Assembly: GCF_009914755.1 (NCBI RefSeq)
Contig: NC_060932.1
Source of the DNA: the human T2T-CHM13v2.0 reference genome, Homo sapiens
Length of the DNA: 64,000 bases
Strand: one strand, 5' to 3'
This document shows, piece after piece, positions 1 through 13,418 of the stretch. The translations under genes and the position numbers were made by a program. The notes beneath the pieces are model-generated. The model worked only from the letters and a program-made list of their open reading frames with translations. It searched no databases and was not told the DNA's origin. How positions within the stretch are numbered: position 1 is the first letter of the stretch; each line of letters opens with the position of its first letter.

Positions 1-460
1 CAGTATATGCCCAGTAATGGGATTGCTGGGTCAAATGGTATTTCCTGTTCTACATCCTTGAGGAATCGCCATACTGTCTTCCACAATGGTTGAACTAATT
101 TTCACTCCCAACAGTGTAAAAGCATTCCTATTTCTGCACATCCTCTCCAGCATGTTATTTCCTGACTTTTTAATGATCACCATCCTAACTGGTGTGAGAT
201 GGTATCTCCTTGTGATTTTGATTTGCATTTCTCTAATGACCAGTGATGATGAGTGTTTTTTATTTGTCTGTTGGCTACATAAATGTCTTCTTTTGAGAAG
301 TGTCTGTTCATATCCTTTGCCCATTTCTTGATGGGGTTGTTCTTTTCTTGTAAATTTGTTTAAGTTCTTTGTAGATTCTGGATATTAGCCCTTTGTCAGA
401 TGGATAGATTGCAAAAATTTTCTCCCATTCTGTAGGTTGCCTGTTCACTCTGATGATAGT
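1..460 (-). mobile_element. L1PA-type LINE-1 fragment (ORF2 3' end), 5'-truncated, runs off the window start
   Basis: The minus-strand translation contains the L1 ORF2 C-terminal motif '[22 protein letters not shown]'. Confidence 0.85.
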
Positions 461-697
461 ACATGTCCTTTTTTAAATTTTTAATTCCTAAAATCTTTGG
501 GCCGTTTTAGACCCATAGACATCAGTCCGTGGGATCAGAGAAAGTATTGGAGCAGATCTCATTGGCAACTAAGAGTATTTGCTTCCCTTGAATGTGAAGA
601 AATCACTCAGTGTTTTAGACCAAGCAAGTGAACACAGATCAGCCAGGGGATGTTGAGTAAGGATGCAAATTCCACAAAAATGCTGCCTTTCCCAAAT

Positions 698-786
698 GCA
701 CATCCTATGTTAGACTAGCCTTTGCCAGGGACAGCATGAAACCCACACTGAGAGTTGAGTCACCCCGGCCAGCCTCTCGGGCCTTT
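698..786 (+). repeat. Copy 1 of a ~90-bp dispersed direct repeat (AP-1 site TGAGTCA at 756-762)
   Basis: Matches 2602-2687, with a 36-bp identical core (730-765 = 2631-2666). Confidence 0.9.
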
Positions 787-806
787 GGCAAAGAACAAAA
801 TCCTTC

Positions 807-832
807 TTTTTTTTTTTTTTTTTTTTTTTTTT
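807..832. repeat. Poly-T run (T26)
   Basis: Read directly from the sequence. Confidence 0.95.
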
Positions 833-1169
833 GCCAATTGGTCCAGTACCCTCCTTCTGTGGCCCCCATCTCCAGTAACCCCCCAGAGAGGCCCTTCTAC
901 CTCCCAGACTACTCTTCAGGGTCTCATCAGCTTCCAGTGTCACTCAGGCTAGAGACAACATCACTGAGACCACCCTCCAACTGTCCAGGCTGGGCCCCCA
1001 TTCCCCAGCACCTGCGGCCACGCTTGCTGCAGGCAGGCTGACCGGCCATCTCTATTTGCCCAGGACTAAGGAGGTCCCCTGGATGCAGGATTCTCAGTGC
1101 TAGAACCAGGTAGGTCCTGGGCAAACTGGATTGAACTGATTGCTCTAAATTTGCAGACTCTGCTGTTGT

Positions 1170-1740
1170 TGTTTAAATGTCGGTAAAATATGTATAATAT
1201 AAAATGTACCATTTTATATGTACAGTTCACTAAATATATTCACATTGCTGTGCAGCCGTCACCACCATCCATCTCGAGAACTTCATCCTCCCAAATGGAA
1301 ACTCTGTGCTCACTAAACGCTAACTCCCCATCCCCTCTCCCCAGCCCTTGGCACCACTGTCCTGCTTTCCATCACTATGAATTGGACTACGCTAGGAACC
1401 TCTTCTAAGTGGAATCCTACGGTATTTGGCCTTTAGTGTCTGGCTAATTCACTTAGCATAATGTCCTCAAGATTCATCCATGTTATGGCATGTGCCAGGA
1501 TTGTCTTCCTTTTCAAGGCTGAATAATATTCCACTTTATGGATAGGCCACATTGTGTGGATCCATTCATCTGTGGAGGGCACTGGGTTGGTTCCGCCTAT
1601 TGGTGATTGTGAACGTGGATGTACAAATCCAGGTTCTAGCTTTTGCCTTCATTTGTTTGGGGTGTGTACCTGGAGTGGCATTGCCATGTCATATGGTAAT
1701 TCTGTTTAACTTTCCGGGACCCGCCATGCTGTTTCCCACA
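1170..1740 (-). mobile_element. Old L1M (L1MB-like) 3' fragment
   Basis: L1MB 3'-end antisense motifs (ttcacttagcataatgtcctcaagattcatccatgtt; aggctgaataatattcca). Confidence 0.7.
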
Positions 1741-2601
1741 CCTTTCTTAAGGCTTTTGTTTTATTCCACCCAGCTCCGAGGGTAGGAGTCAGCTCTTCTG
1801 ACTCCCCAGGAAAATCCCCAGGTCCAGAGAGACCCCCCAGCAAACCACTGGCTTGATGCATTAGACTTTTCTATGATCTGAATGTCCTCGGCTGACCTTC
1901 CCCTTGCGTTTTTCCTCTCTGGGTCCTTCTTCCAGGGCCGCCTTGGCCGTCTCCTCCAGCCCCCTTGCCACACCCTCCCCTCACCACGTAAAGCTTGGAA
2001 GTAAGGAAATCTCTGTCCTCTTCCAGACCCATTTAATTACCATCTTTAGTGACTTAATCCTGCTCTTGGGGGTTTGCCTTCTACCTTGAGAAACAACCTG
2101 GCTCTCTCTCTTGCTCTCTTTCTTTAATTGGTGTTTAAAATTTTTCAAAATGACTTCATTGAGATAAACTTTACATACCATACAGTTCACCTATGTGAAA
2201 TAGCAATTCAGTGGTTTTTAGTGTTTTCAGAGTTGTGCAACCATCATCACGTATAATTTTAGAACATTTCAACACTTCACCCAGGTGCAGTGGCTCACAT
2301 CTTAACGAGCATTCTTGTCTGCCCCCAAAAAAACAAACATCTGTAGTACAGATCACAAGCACAGCTGTTTCAAAGGGGCCACGTGTGGCTGCCGCCCTTC
2401 CCTTCTTCCAAGCCTGGTGGGGACACCCTGTCACCACAGTGCTTGGACAGCCCCCGACCAATGACATCTCTTCCCTTTCAACAAGTTCTGTGCCCTAATT
2501 ATGGGGTTGCTGGGATTACAGGCTGCACCTCTGAGAATTCAGCAAGTGCTTTTGTTCTCAGAGAGACACCAGGCCACGCTGGGAGCGGGGACTGGAAATT
2601 G

Positions 2602-2687
2602 GCACATCCTATGGTAGAGCCTTTGCCAGAGACAGCATGAAACCCACACTGAGAGTTGAGTCACCCTGGCCAGCTTTTCAGGCTTTT
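2602..2687 (+). repeat. Copy 2 of the ~90-bp dispersed direct repeat (AP-1 site at 2657-2663)
   Basis: Matches 698-786. Confidence 0.9.
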
Positions 2688-2809
2688 AATGAGGGCTTAA
2701 AACTGGGAGGTCCTTGCTGGGTTCCATGTTCTGTGCCTTGGCCTGGAGAGAAAGGACTTAAGTGATGGTGCACCTCTTACTTTGATTTGGCCAGCGTAGT
2801 TCATATTTT

Positions 2810-2975
2810 CTGCCATGCTATTTGTTGTCGAATTTCATTCTCACTGTCCTTAGAAGAGATGAGAAGAGGCCTTATCTCTTTTCTGTAGATGAGGACACAG
2901 AAGTTCCAGGTGGCAGTGACTTGCCACCCAACGAGTGAGGAGTGGAGCTCAGCTTGAACCTGGGTTCTAACCCAG
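2810..2975 (-). mobile_element. MIR SINE fragment
   Basis: MIR core-like sequence 'tgtagatgaggacacagaag...gtgacttgcc...ttgaacctggg'. Confidence 0.6.
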
Positions 2976-3467
2976 GGCTGTGGATTTTCCCTTTCTGCCA
3001 CCCCTGGGCCCAGCTCGCCTCTGAGCAGACAGGAGCCTGGGAGAGTCTTCCAGCTCTGGGTGCTGACAGGCCCGAGTGTGGTCCAGATGCCATAGGCTGG
3101 CTGGCCATGAGCAGTTCCTTTACTTCTCTGAGACAGTTTCCTTGTAAGACAGACTAAAATCACACCTGCCATCTAGAGTTGTGGGAAAACATGATGAAAC
3201 AATCTATGTCAAACGTGTGCGGCTGCAGCCGGGGCTGTGTTGTCATCCCCGCCTCCAGGGGGCCCCTTGGCAGAGCTTGAAGGGAAAACAGGAGGAGGCA
3301 CTCCAGTCCCAGCTCAGACCTGCTCTCCTGAACTGGCGCAGCCCTCTGTGCCTTCCCGGGCAACCGCCGTCCTCCCGACTAACTCCACACAGGACCAGCA
3401 AAGACATATCTTCATTGCAAATCTCTAAAAAGATTAATTTATAAAAAGCTTCTTAGCCATCAGAAAC

Positions 3468-3785
3468 CAGAGGACATTATGCTAAGTGAAATTAGCCACT
3501 CACAAAGGACAAATACTGTGTGATTCTACTTCTGTGAGGTTCTTAGAGTAGTCATACAGACAGAAAGTAGAAGGGTGGGTGCCAGGGGCTGGAGGAGGGG
3601 GATGGGGAGTTAGTGTTTGATGGATGCAGTTTCTGTTTAGAACGATAAAAAGAGCTCTGGAGATGGATGGTGGTTGCGCGACAACGTGAATGTACTTAAT
3701 TGCCACCGAGCTGTACACTTAAAAATGGTTAAGATGATAACTTCTATGTTGTATGGATTTTATCACAACTAGAAAAAAATTCTAG
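3468..3785 (+). mobile_element. L1MB-like 3' end
   Basis: 'gaggacattatgctaagtgaaattagccactcacaaaggacaaatactg...gtacacttaaaaatggttaagatg' is a typical L1MB 3'UTR. Confidence 0.75.
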
Positions 3786-5528
3786 AAACAAATTAAGCCT
3801 CTTATTCTTGCACATTTTGCTCAGATTTCTTCAGAGTCTGTGGGAACTCGTGTGGATTTGGTTCAATTACAGCAGAGTGACCTCCTAATCGGGGCTCAAG
3901 TTAGTGTTTAAGGTGCAAAGTCACCTTTGCAAAATGTCTGTGTGGCCCAGGGAGCAGCCGAGCATGGGCCCAGCACAGCCAGGGCTCCCGCATCACGGGG
4001 ACAAACCCTGTTCTTTGGGGCAGGAGATGAATTTGTTGATTTGTGTGCAGGGATCCCAACACACTATGTATTGTGAGCATCTAAATGTGAGAACCCATAG
4101 TGCATCCTAGCGAGATGCTCACGCTGTGAGATGCCCTCAGAACCAAAGCCCACTGAGGAAGTTGCGATTCCCAGCCCCCTCCTCATGTTCTCTCAGAGCG
4201 CAAGCAGGGAGACCGGCCGGAATCACCATCCCTGTTGAAGCTGCAGCTTTCTTTCTCTTTTCACCCTTACGCAGAATTGAATGCATGTGCACAGCATGGG
4301 CGTGCGAGGCAACGCCATCCAGGCGGCCTTTGTCCAGTCCATGGAAACTGACACAGGCCTTACTGTCAGCCCTCTTTCTAGCTGCCTCTGATGGGTCTTA
4401 AAGAGTAAATTGTTCTCTGACCTTTGACCAGATCTGTCAGCCACAGAAAAACAGCCCCTTCCTTCCTGCTACCCCACAGAGATGTGTCCGCCACAGCCTG
4501 CGTCTCACAGATAGTCTTAGACACCTGGCCACACCCCAAATTCCCCGACTTCAAAGGATCTTTTCACACCAAAGATGCAATTCCTGGGGCCAAAGCTCAA
4601 ATCTTAAACCATAGGGTTCCTAGTTTTTCAAAAAGATCTATTGTCAAATTACACAACACTCCAAAGAGAAGTGACAGATGACTGTACTAAGGCAATGGGT
4701 GTTCGCAGACAATATCTTTCAGGCAGGTTTGACCCCCATCTCCTCAGAAGGGTTTAGGTAGCACCTAGCTCCGTTCCAGGCTCAGTGAGGGACACCATTA
4801 CAAAACAAATGACCAGCCACCCTATCATCATTAATTTGGTGCTATTCTAGATCAATAGAATTTAATTAGCAATAAATTTGAGTTTCTTCAATGCTTGAGG
4901 CCCAAGGATTGAAAAGTAAACTAATGAATGTGGCTATGAACTTTAATCCCAATTTTGCCATTAGATACCTTGCTGACTCCCAAGCAAGACTTTCTATCTT
5001 GATTTTTCTTATATAGGAAATCAGGAGAAAAGAGATCTGTACAAGTGCGTAAAAAACGAGAGAGGAAAAAAAGAACATTGAGATGCTCGCTGGCAAGGTG
5101 ACTTAATTTTTCTACCCTGCAATGTGCTCTATTATAAACCTAACAGGGAGAAAGTGAGAACACTGCCTTCATTTGCATAACTACAGGGCATCTCAGGGCT
5201 CATTTTTCTAATCAGTTTGGCTCCAGGCACCAGGTAAATGGCACAGCCGAGCATGTCGCAGAAATACTAAATAACCACTTACAAGTGGAGACAGAGGAAA
5301 TAGTGAGAAGGATTCAGATCTCGAGTCAAGTAGGAGCAGCTGGCAACCTGTCCCAGTGACAAAGTGCTGCTTACAGAAGGCGCTCTGCACTAAGCCAGTC
5401 CCTATGTACCATGTCACAACTGAGAAACCAGCCCTCTGAGCTCCAGCTAGCATGCTGGCTGGTAAAATATGGAGCCAGACTGTCCTGCTGGTACCTCAGG
5501 AGTGGCTGTGAGGCCCATCAAGGTTAAA

Positions 5529-6212
5529 CATGAGCAGAAAATACATCTCAGGACTCCACAATCACTAAGCCAAAGGGAAAAGTCAAGCTGGGAACTGCAT
5601 CAGGCAAAGCTGCCTCCCATTTTATTTCTAGATAAGATAGCTGCAAAGACAAAACCTACATACCTCCCTCACAATTGGCCCGCAAAGAACTTCCGTGTTG
5701 GGCCCCCAGACCTGTACCCTAAAACAGTTCTGTTGAATTTCACCCTGGCAATGTAAATTGACATCTGATCTTCTCAGGTGCGGGACAAAGGACAAAACTC
5801 AAAGTCATCCCTCTGCTCGCCTGAGACGAATGCATACCTGATTGCTTCACGTGCCTTGTGTTTATGTTATCTTCTATAAAAATGCAGATTCAGTGAGCCA
5901 GACTAAGACACAAGTGACTTTTCCTCTACCCTAAACAAACATGTAAATTGTGTATTCGGTTGATCAAAGACTGATCAACCAAAGGCTGATCAAAGACCCA
6001 AAAGAATGCAATCGTTTGTCTCTTATCTACCTACACCTTTAAAAAATTTCTTCCTCTTCCCCCAGTATCCACTCCTTCCCCTTTAAATATTAAGGCCCTC
6101 AAAATCATCTTTGAGGAAAGGCATAGACCTGCCTCCCAGGTGTGCATCCTTAACGTCGGCAAAATAAACTTTCTAAATTGTTGACACCTGTCTCAGACAC
6201 TTTTGGTTTACA
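5529..6212 (+). mobile_element. ERV1 solo LTR, MER4A/B-like
   Basis: Starts '...aatcactaagccaaagggaaaagtcaagctgggaactgc', has an internal AATAAA, and ends 'ttttggtttaca'. Confidence 0.75.
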
Positions 6213-6265
6213 GTGGGTTTGGGAAACTGGGAGTGTGAAGCCAGGTGAGAAATAATTATCACATC

Positions 6266-7191
6266 TCTTTGTTAACAGAAGAAAACAAACTCTGTAAAAT
6301 ACTTAAAGAGGTTTATTCTGAGCCAGTGTAAGTGACCATGGGCCAGGGAACAGTCTCATGAGGTCCTGAGAAAGCTCGCCCTAGGTGGTCCAGTTACTGT
6401 TTGGTTTTACACATTTCAGAGAGACAGGAGTTACAAGCAAAGACATAACTCAATACACAGAAGGTATACCTTGGTTCAGCCTAAACAGGTGGGATATCTT
6501 GAAGGGGCTTGGAGGGTGGGGGTGCTTACAGGTCTTAGGTAGATTCAAAGATATTTTTATTGCCAGTTGATTGAAAGAGTTAAGTTTTGCCTAAAGACTT
6601 GAAGTCAGTAGAAAGAAATGCTTAAGACAAAGGACAGTTGTGGAGGCCAAGGTTCTTGTTATGTAGATGAAGCCTCCAGGTAGAAGCCTTTAGAGAAAAT
6701 AGATGGTAAATATCTCTTTTCAGACCTTAAATTTGCCAGACTCTCATTTAATCTCTCCTAGATCTTGGAAAGGCCTAGAAAGGGAAGGCTTGATTGCATT
6801 AATGGAAATGCTCTACAGATGTAAGTATCTCCCACAAGAGATGGTTTTGCAGGGCCATTTCAAAATATGTCAAAGAAATATACTTCAGGGTAAAATATTT
6901 TTATTTTCTTCAGGGTTTGCTACCTGTTATGTGACGCTATACCAGAGGCAGGAATTTGCTACCTTACTGCCACAAAGAGTCTGTTTTGTCAGTCTTATAT
7001 CTCTATTTCAATGTTAATGCCGATCTGCTGTGCCTAAACTCCAACAGCAAGGGGGGGTATAACAAAGCATGTCTGAACTCCATTCCCATCACGGCTGGGA
7101 ATTCAGTTTTCAGGCTTCTCTGGGGTCCTCTTGATGAAGAGCGGGCTTGTTCAGTCAGTTGGGGGGCTTAGGATTTTACCTTGTGTTTACA
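6266..7191 (-). mobile_element. ERV1 solo LTR, MER4D/E-like, convergent with the previous LTR
   Basis: The right end 'ttggggggcttaggattttaccttgtgtttaca' is the reverse complement of the MER4D/E start TGTAAAC..AAAATTCTAAGCCCCCCAA; length is ~920 bp. Confidence 0.7.
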
Positions 7192-7999
7192 CATCAATAG
7201 GAAACATCAAGCCACTAAAAATATTAGGAACCTTCTACAAGGTCACTAAGCACTCTGCTAGCTCCATACACCACACTGCAGCTCGTCCTTGAGCAGCAGA
7301 ACTTCATTGTCAGTCATTTTGGTTCTGGAGTCCAGCTGTCCAGCTTCCTCATCCCAGCTCGGCTGTGGATGAGCTTTGTGAGCCGACACAGCTAATTCCC
7401 TGGCTGTGCCTCTGTGTCCTCCTCTATAAGCTGTGGGTGATGATGGTGACATCACTTCACAGGTTGTAGTGACGGTTAACTGTTGCATGTTAATAGACCC
7501 AAAGGCCTTAGAACTGTTTCATAATAAAACACCCAGTACCTAGGAACCAATTTTTGTTTGGCTGTTTTGAAACTTTACTAAGAAATATTTCAGGCATTCT
7601 AAAACGTTTAAAGAGTAATGTAACAACATGACACTCCCCAGCGTAAGAAAGAAAACATGGCCATCACAGTCAAAGCCCCCATATACCTTTCCCAATCACA
7701 GTCCCTCCTTCTCACCTAGAGGCAACCATCCTCCTGAATTTGATAGCTGTTACCCTATGTTTTCCTTTATACTCTTACTCCATCTAAATGAAACTCTAAA
7801 CAATGAGAAAGCACTGGAAGTATCTTCTAGCCAGGACCAATATGCATGTCTTTCAGAAGGACTTAGATACAGCAACTAGCCTAGCACAAAGTATTGTTTT
7901 GCGACCGCACCCTCATTTGTCACCTTGCTTTCTGTGTCTTTTCACCTCCCTGAGCAGGGAAAGTGCTAATATTTCTAGATGGACCACTTAATGAACTAA

Positions 8000-8353
<354 letters not shown>

Positions 8354-10318
8354 GGAGCCCTCAGACTGGGCGGAGGGGCTGGAGCGGAGGGCTTGGGCTG
8401 GAGGGGTGTCAGAGGAAGCTGAGGCCAAGTTACTCCAGTGGGTCTCCCGGAGGCAGGGGTCCCTGGGACTGGCGACTCAAGGGCCCCAGGACCTATTCAG
8501 TGGTGCTCTCCCACCCAGGGGCCCTGGGTGTGGATGCCAGTGTCTCTGTGACTGGCTCTTGCTTACTACCCAAAGAGCTCTGCAGAAGGGCCGCTCCAAC
8601 CAAGATGTTAAAGGAGACCTGGGTTCCCACCATAATCCATCCCTCCACGGTCACGTTCCTGTTTCCTGGAATCACTGGTGCTATGAACTGGGATTCCCAA
8701 AGGGAGGCCCCCCAACAAAGCTGTCATTTTTGCAGAAGGCTGTCCCGCAAGGGCCTTGGGGGAAATTAGGCATGTCAGATGTGCCTGTCTCACGTGCTGT
8801 TGCTGTCCTCTAAGTATTGTCTCAAATTCACCCTAAGTACATGACTCAGCAACATTGACAGGGAGCTACTAGGAAGGGAAAATCGAAAGGCATGACAAAT
8901 GGGCACTTGGGGACGCAGCCCCAGTGGCTGGCAGCCAGTGTCTCTGGTGAGCCTGACACTACAAGGCTGTGTAAATTGTAAATTCTGGCGTGTGCTGGGA
9001 CATGTGATGGGGGCACTAGCGTAGCTTGGGTGCAACAAGCACAGATGTCCCCATTGTCTCCCCTGGCCACATGCATCTCCAAAGAGCCTCTTCACTGCCA
9101 CCCACACCCCAGGGTGACAGCCTGGGAGACCACTGGTGACTGAACCAGGCAGGTCCTGAAAGCATTTTCCATAACTGAATTCTCCTGCAGGGGCGTGACC
9201 GGGGCCTCCTGGTGGATTCTGGTGGTGTCACCTTACTGCCCTCTCTGGAAAGACAATCTAGGGAGCCCAGAGGCCCATCCTGAGCCTCCTCTGAGATTTT
9301 GTGCCTGACCTAAACAACTAGTTTTAATAAGACTGTTACTGATGTGTTGTTCACTTGTTAGTAACTGATTTTTGTCCAAATGCGGAAGCCACTTGTGTAG
9401 GTCAACTACAGTGCGTAGGATTTGATTTTAAGAGTTTCTCCCTCCCAACAGGCTTGAGGATCAGCAAGTTAAGACCCCAGCAGGTTAGGGAGGTCAGTCT
9501 GGGGTCATACGGCATGGCAGGGGTCCCTCGGCCAGACCCGTAGAATCCTGAGATAAGGAGTGTTTCTGACCTTTGGTGTCATCTAGTCGAGTCCTCTCAT
9601 TAGTAAAGGAGCAAAGTGAAACCTGGGGGAGGAGAAGGACTTCCCTCAGGTTGCACAGCTGTTTAGGCTATAGAATATTGATGTGTGAAACCATTATTGA
9701 TAATGCCTAGTAGATCACATGTCAATGAACTTGAACCCCAAAGATGGTCGTGATGCTTTGCCAAACCCGCACACTGCCAACCCCTCTACTCTCCACCTCA
9801 GCCCCCACCCACATCTCCCAGAGTATTGCAATTCAGAACATTTGGGTCAAGGTGGAGCAAGGCACTGACAGTGGCCCCACAGGGCATGTGTCACTAATCA
9901 CTGTCCCATGGTCTACGCACGGCATCTGGCTGCTCTGTCTACTGTGACTTCTTCCTGTGTAATCTCAGTGGGGCCCGTGTCCACCCACACATCGTGACCC
10001 ACATAGGGGAGAGGTTGCTTTTCTTTTGTGGGCTGAGAGTAGGACAATGCAAATGAATGATCTCTAGTAGACAGAAAAGAACTTGGTCTCTTTTTTAAAA
10101 TTTCAAAGAGCCAGAAGTTCTATGCCTCCTTCAAAGTAGGCAGAACAACGCAGCCAAGATCTACTGTCTGCCATGCTCTGTGCAATGAAGTCTGCAGGCC
10201 TGAGGACCATGTACTGCTGTCCTTCCTCAGAGCTCTGCACAAACACTGCCAAGTCCTGAAGACGCATTCCTTTCCTGCCAACCTCTTTCCAGATAAGCCC
10301 TTGAGGTCTCGGGCTGAC

Positions 10319-10320
<2 letters not shown>

Positions 10321-10362
<42 letters not shown>

Positions 10363-10380
10363 CCACACACACACACACAC
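10321..10380 (+). repeat. Microsatellite (AC)20 CCCC (AC)8 in the 3'UTR
   Basis: Read directly from the sequence. Confidence 0.95.
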
Positions 10381-11219
10381 GACAGAGAACATGCCATAAA
10401 CATCCTTGAACCCATGCAGGAAAGCCCATCCCATATTCTGAAAAAATGCCAAATTAGGTTTTTCTTTCTTTTTGGAAATCAGTCATTACAGTAACCGAAA
10501 CCATTGGGTTCAGCGAAAATGGAAAGATTTAGCTGAATGTAGTCAGTCCAATTAAGTTGGATGCAACTGAGTGATTTAGTTGCTTGGGTAACCCAGTGCT
10601 TGCTTGCTTTCTTCATTCTCTGGGTGGAAACTAAGATCAAGACACATGTTTGGGGATAAGTTAAATGTCTGAGCTATTTTGCTCGGTTTATCCTAAGAGA
10701 ACTTTATTATGGGATGAGGAGGTGACCCAAGATGAGAAGTGGAGGGGGACAGCGATGTTTTCTAAACATCGTCCAGTGTTGACTGGCTTCCTTACTTTGC
10801 ACAGTGAACACAACTAACCACATTAATTCAGCTTTGTGAAGTCCCTGCTCTCTGTGGGTTCTATGAGTCAGCAGCAACATTGGCCTAACCTCCGTCCCAG
10901 CCTCCTGGCTCACCACATGTGTACAGTGCTGTTTGCAGTTGTACTCATTATCCATCCATCTCTCTGCCATCCCCAAGCATCGCTGGGTGTAAAACGCAAA
11001 CTCTCCACCGACACTGCCATGCGTGGTCATGTCTTGATGCCTTCAGGGGCTCAGTAGCTATCAAAGAGGCCTGGAGGGCCTGGGCAGGCTTGACGATGCC
11101 TGACCGAGTTCAAGACCCACACCCTGTAGCAATACCAAGTGCTATTACATAATCAATGGACGATTTATACTTTTATTTTTTATGATTATTTGTTTCTATA
11201 TTGCTGTTAGAAAAAGTGA

Positions 11220-11260
11220 AATAAAAATACTTCAAAAGAAGATATCCATATAAAAATAAA
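11220..11260 (+). terminator. FAM167A: Polyadenylation signals AATAAA (11220-11225 and 11255-11260)
   Basis: U-rich upstream sequence, two AATAAA hexamers, and a GU/U-rich downstream element (gcttgtccttttagcttgtc). Confidence 0.8.
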
Positions 11261-11311
11261 AGGAGAGAAAAATGCTTGTCCTTTTAGCTTGTCCCTGTTA
11301 TAGCACACACA

Positions 11312-11392
11312 GGATGGATGGATGGATGGATGGATGGACGGATGGACAGATGGATGGATGAACAACAGATGGAAGGAAGGAGGGAAGGAAGA
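11312..11392 (+). repeat. (GGAT)n / (GGAA)n simple repeat
   Basis: Read directly from the sequence. Confidence 0.9.
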
Positions 11393-13019
11393 TTTTTGCA
11401 ACCAGATGGAGGCAGGGGAGGGAGAAAAAGATTCACCCAAATCACTGTTCTTCCTTGTATCTTCCCCTTGAGGAAGCTGCTTGGTGGTTGTTACTATCCG
11501 GAGTTCCACAGGTAAGCTGAGGTAGAATTAAAAAATGCAGGCTTGATTCCTGAGTTTGACAGAAGCCAGAGCCAAAGTAAACCCACTCTCCTCCAGTGGC
11601 CTTTTCCAAAGGTGATCATATTATGCTCTGAGATCTTATGCCTGAAATTTTTTCAGCCACTTAAAGCACCTCTTAAACCTCAAAATCGAGCACGCATGAA
11701 AGTCACCTGGGCTGCTGTTACAAATGCATATTCCCAGGAGAAGTACTGGGTTCCAGCCCCAGGGATTCTGGCTGTGTCGCTCCGGGCTTCACAGACGCCC
11801 CAGGTGATGGACACAGGTGGTCTAAAGACACTTTGAGAAACCTTTGGAAGACAAAGCAGGTGAGGGAAGGCCCTGTTTTTCACTGATCCCATCTCTGTGT
11901 TCTCAGCAAAGACCTAAGTCAGAGGGTCAAAGTGGGTGTCACTAATCCCATTTTGTGGAAGGAACCGCTGAACAACAATTGCAGATCTCTGTCCATCCCT
12001 TGAGATGATATCCCCTGTCTACACCAAGAGGAGTGCCTGTGATGTCTCTTTCCACAAAGAGCACACAGTATAAGCTGCTTGGGGGAGCGTGGGCGTGAGG
12101 TGGGTAGGGAGCAGGTTACTGGGGAATCTGCCATTGCCCTGACCATGTGGTTCAAAGGGCATTCAAGAAGCCAGGGCCTTTCCACCCTGCCGGTGGGACC
12201 ACACATGCACTTTTGCAGCCCACAGGGAAATGAATGTGACCTCCAAACAAATCCAACCATTCTAAGTGCCACAGAGAAGATAAAATGTGAGACGGCGCCA
12301 GGTGTGGAGGGGGCTGCTTTTCCCAAGTGGTCAAAGCTTCCTGGAGAAGAGCTCTTCCAGTGGCAGTGGCAATTGTGCAGAGGTCAGGGAAAAGAGTGCT
12401 CTAGGAAGGAAAAGATAATCCCAGACCCCGAGGTCTGCAGAGGGAGGCCAGCGCAGCAGGCAGCTGCAGAGGCTGGCGGGGGCTCTCCAGCCTGGTAGGG
12501 CAGAGTCAGGAGCTGGGATTGTATTCGAGTGGCGCAGGAGGTTTTATAGGGTTTTTGAATGATACGTGATCTGATTTAAACTTTCATAAGATCGAAGTAG
12601 AAAGTACTGTGTAGAGAGTAAGTGGGGAGGAGGGGCAAAGGGGAGCCCAGAGGGCAATTAGGGGCAGGGACAGTGGACGTGAGTGTGATCTAGATGGGGC
12701 AGCAGCTGCGGAGGGGATGAGGAGTGATCTGATGGGTATTTGCTTAGGGACATCTTTGGGGACATACTTTGGGGACAATTTGGATGTGGAGTGTGAAGGA
12801 GATGGAGGACCTAGAGATGGCCCTCCTGCTGGCAGTTGGATGAAGAGGCAGAGGGGTGGCAGCAGTGGTGCTGGTTCACGGTATATTTAAATGTCAATTT
12901 AATACAAGTGGGGAGTGCGTTGGACACAGGGCCTGGAATTCAGGGAAAAGGCCCATGTTGGAGACACAAATTTGGGAGTCTGGATTCAGATGTTTAGATA
13001 ATATTAAAAGTATCATACC

Positions 13020-13418
<399 letters not shown>

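Larger units (their letters stand above)
8354..11280 (+). other. FAM167A: FAM167A 3'UTR (~2.9 kb)
   Basis: Largely TE-free sequence from the stop codon to tandem AATAAA signals; the 3' end is approximate. Confidence 0.8.

Noticed and set aside
8406-11152. Multiple ORFs in the 3'UTR, including VCVC repeats
   Set aside because: Chance ORFs or microsatellite translations with no recognisable domains.
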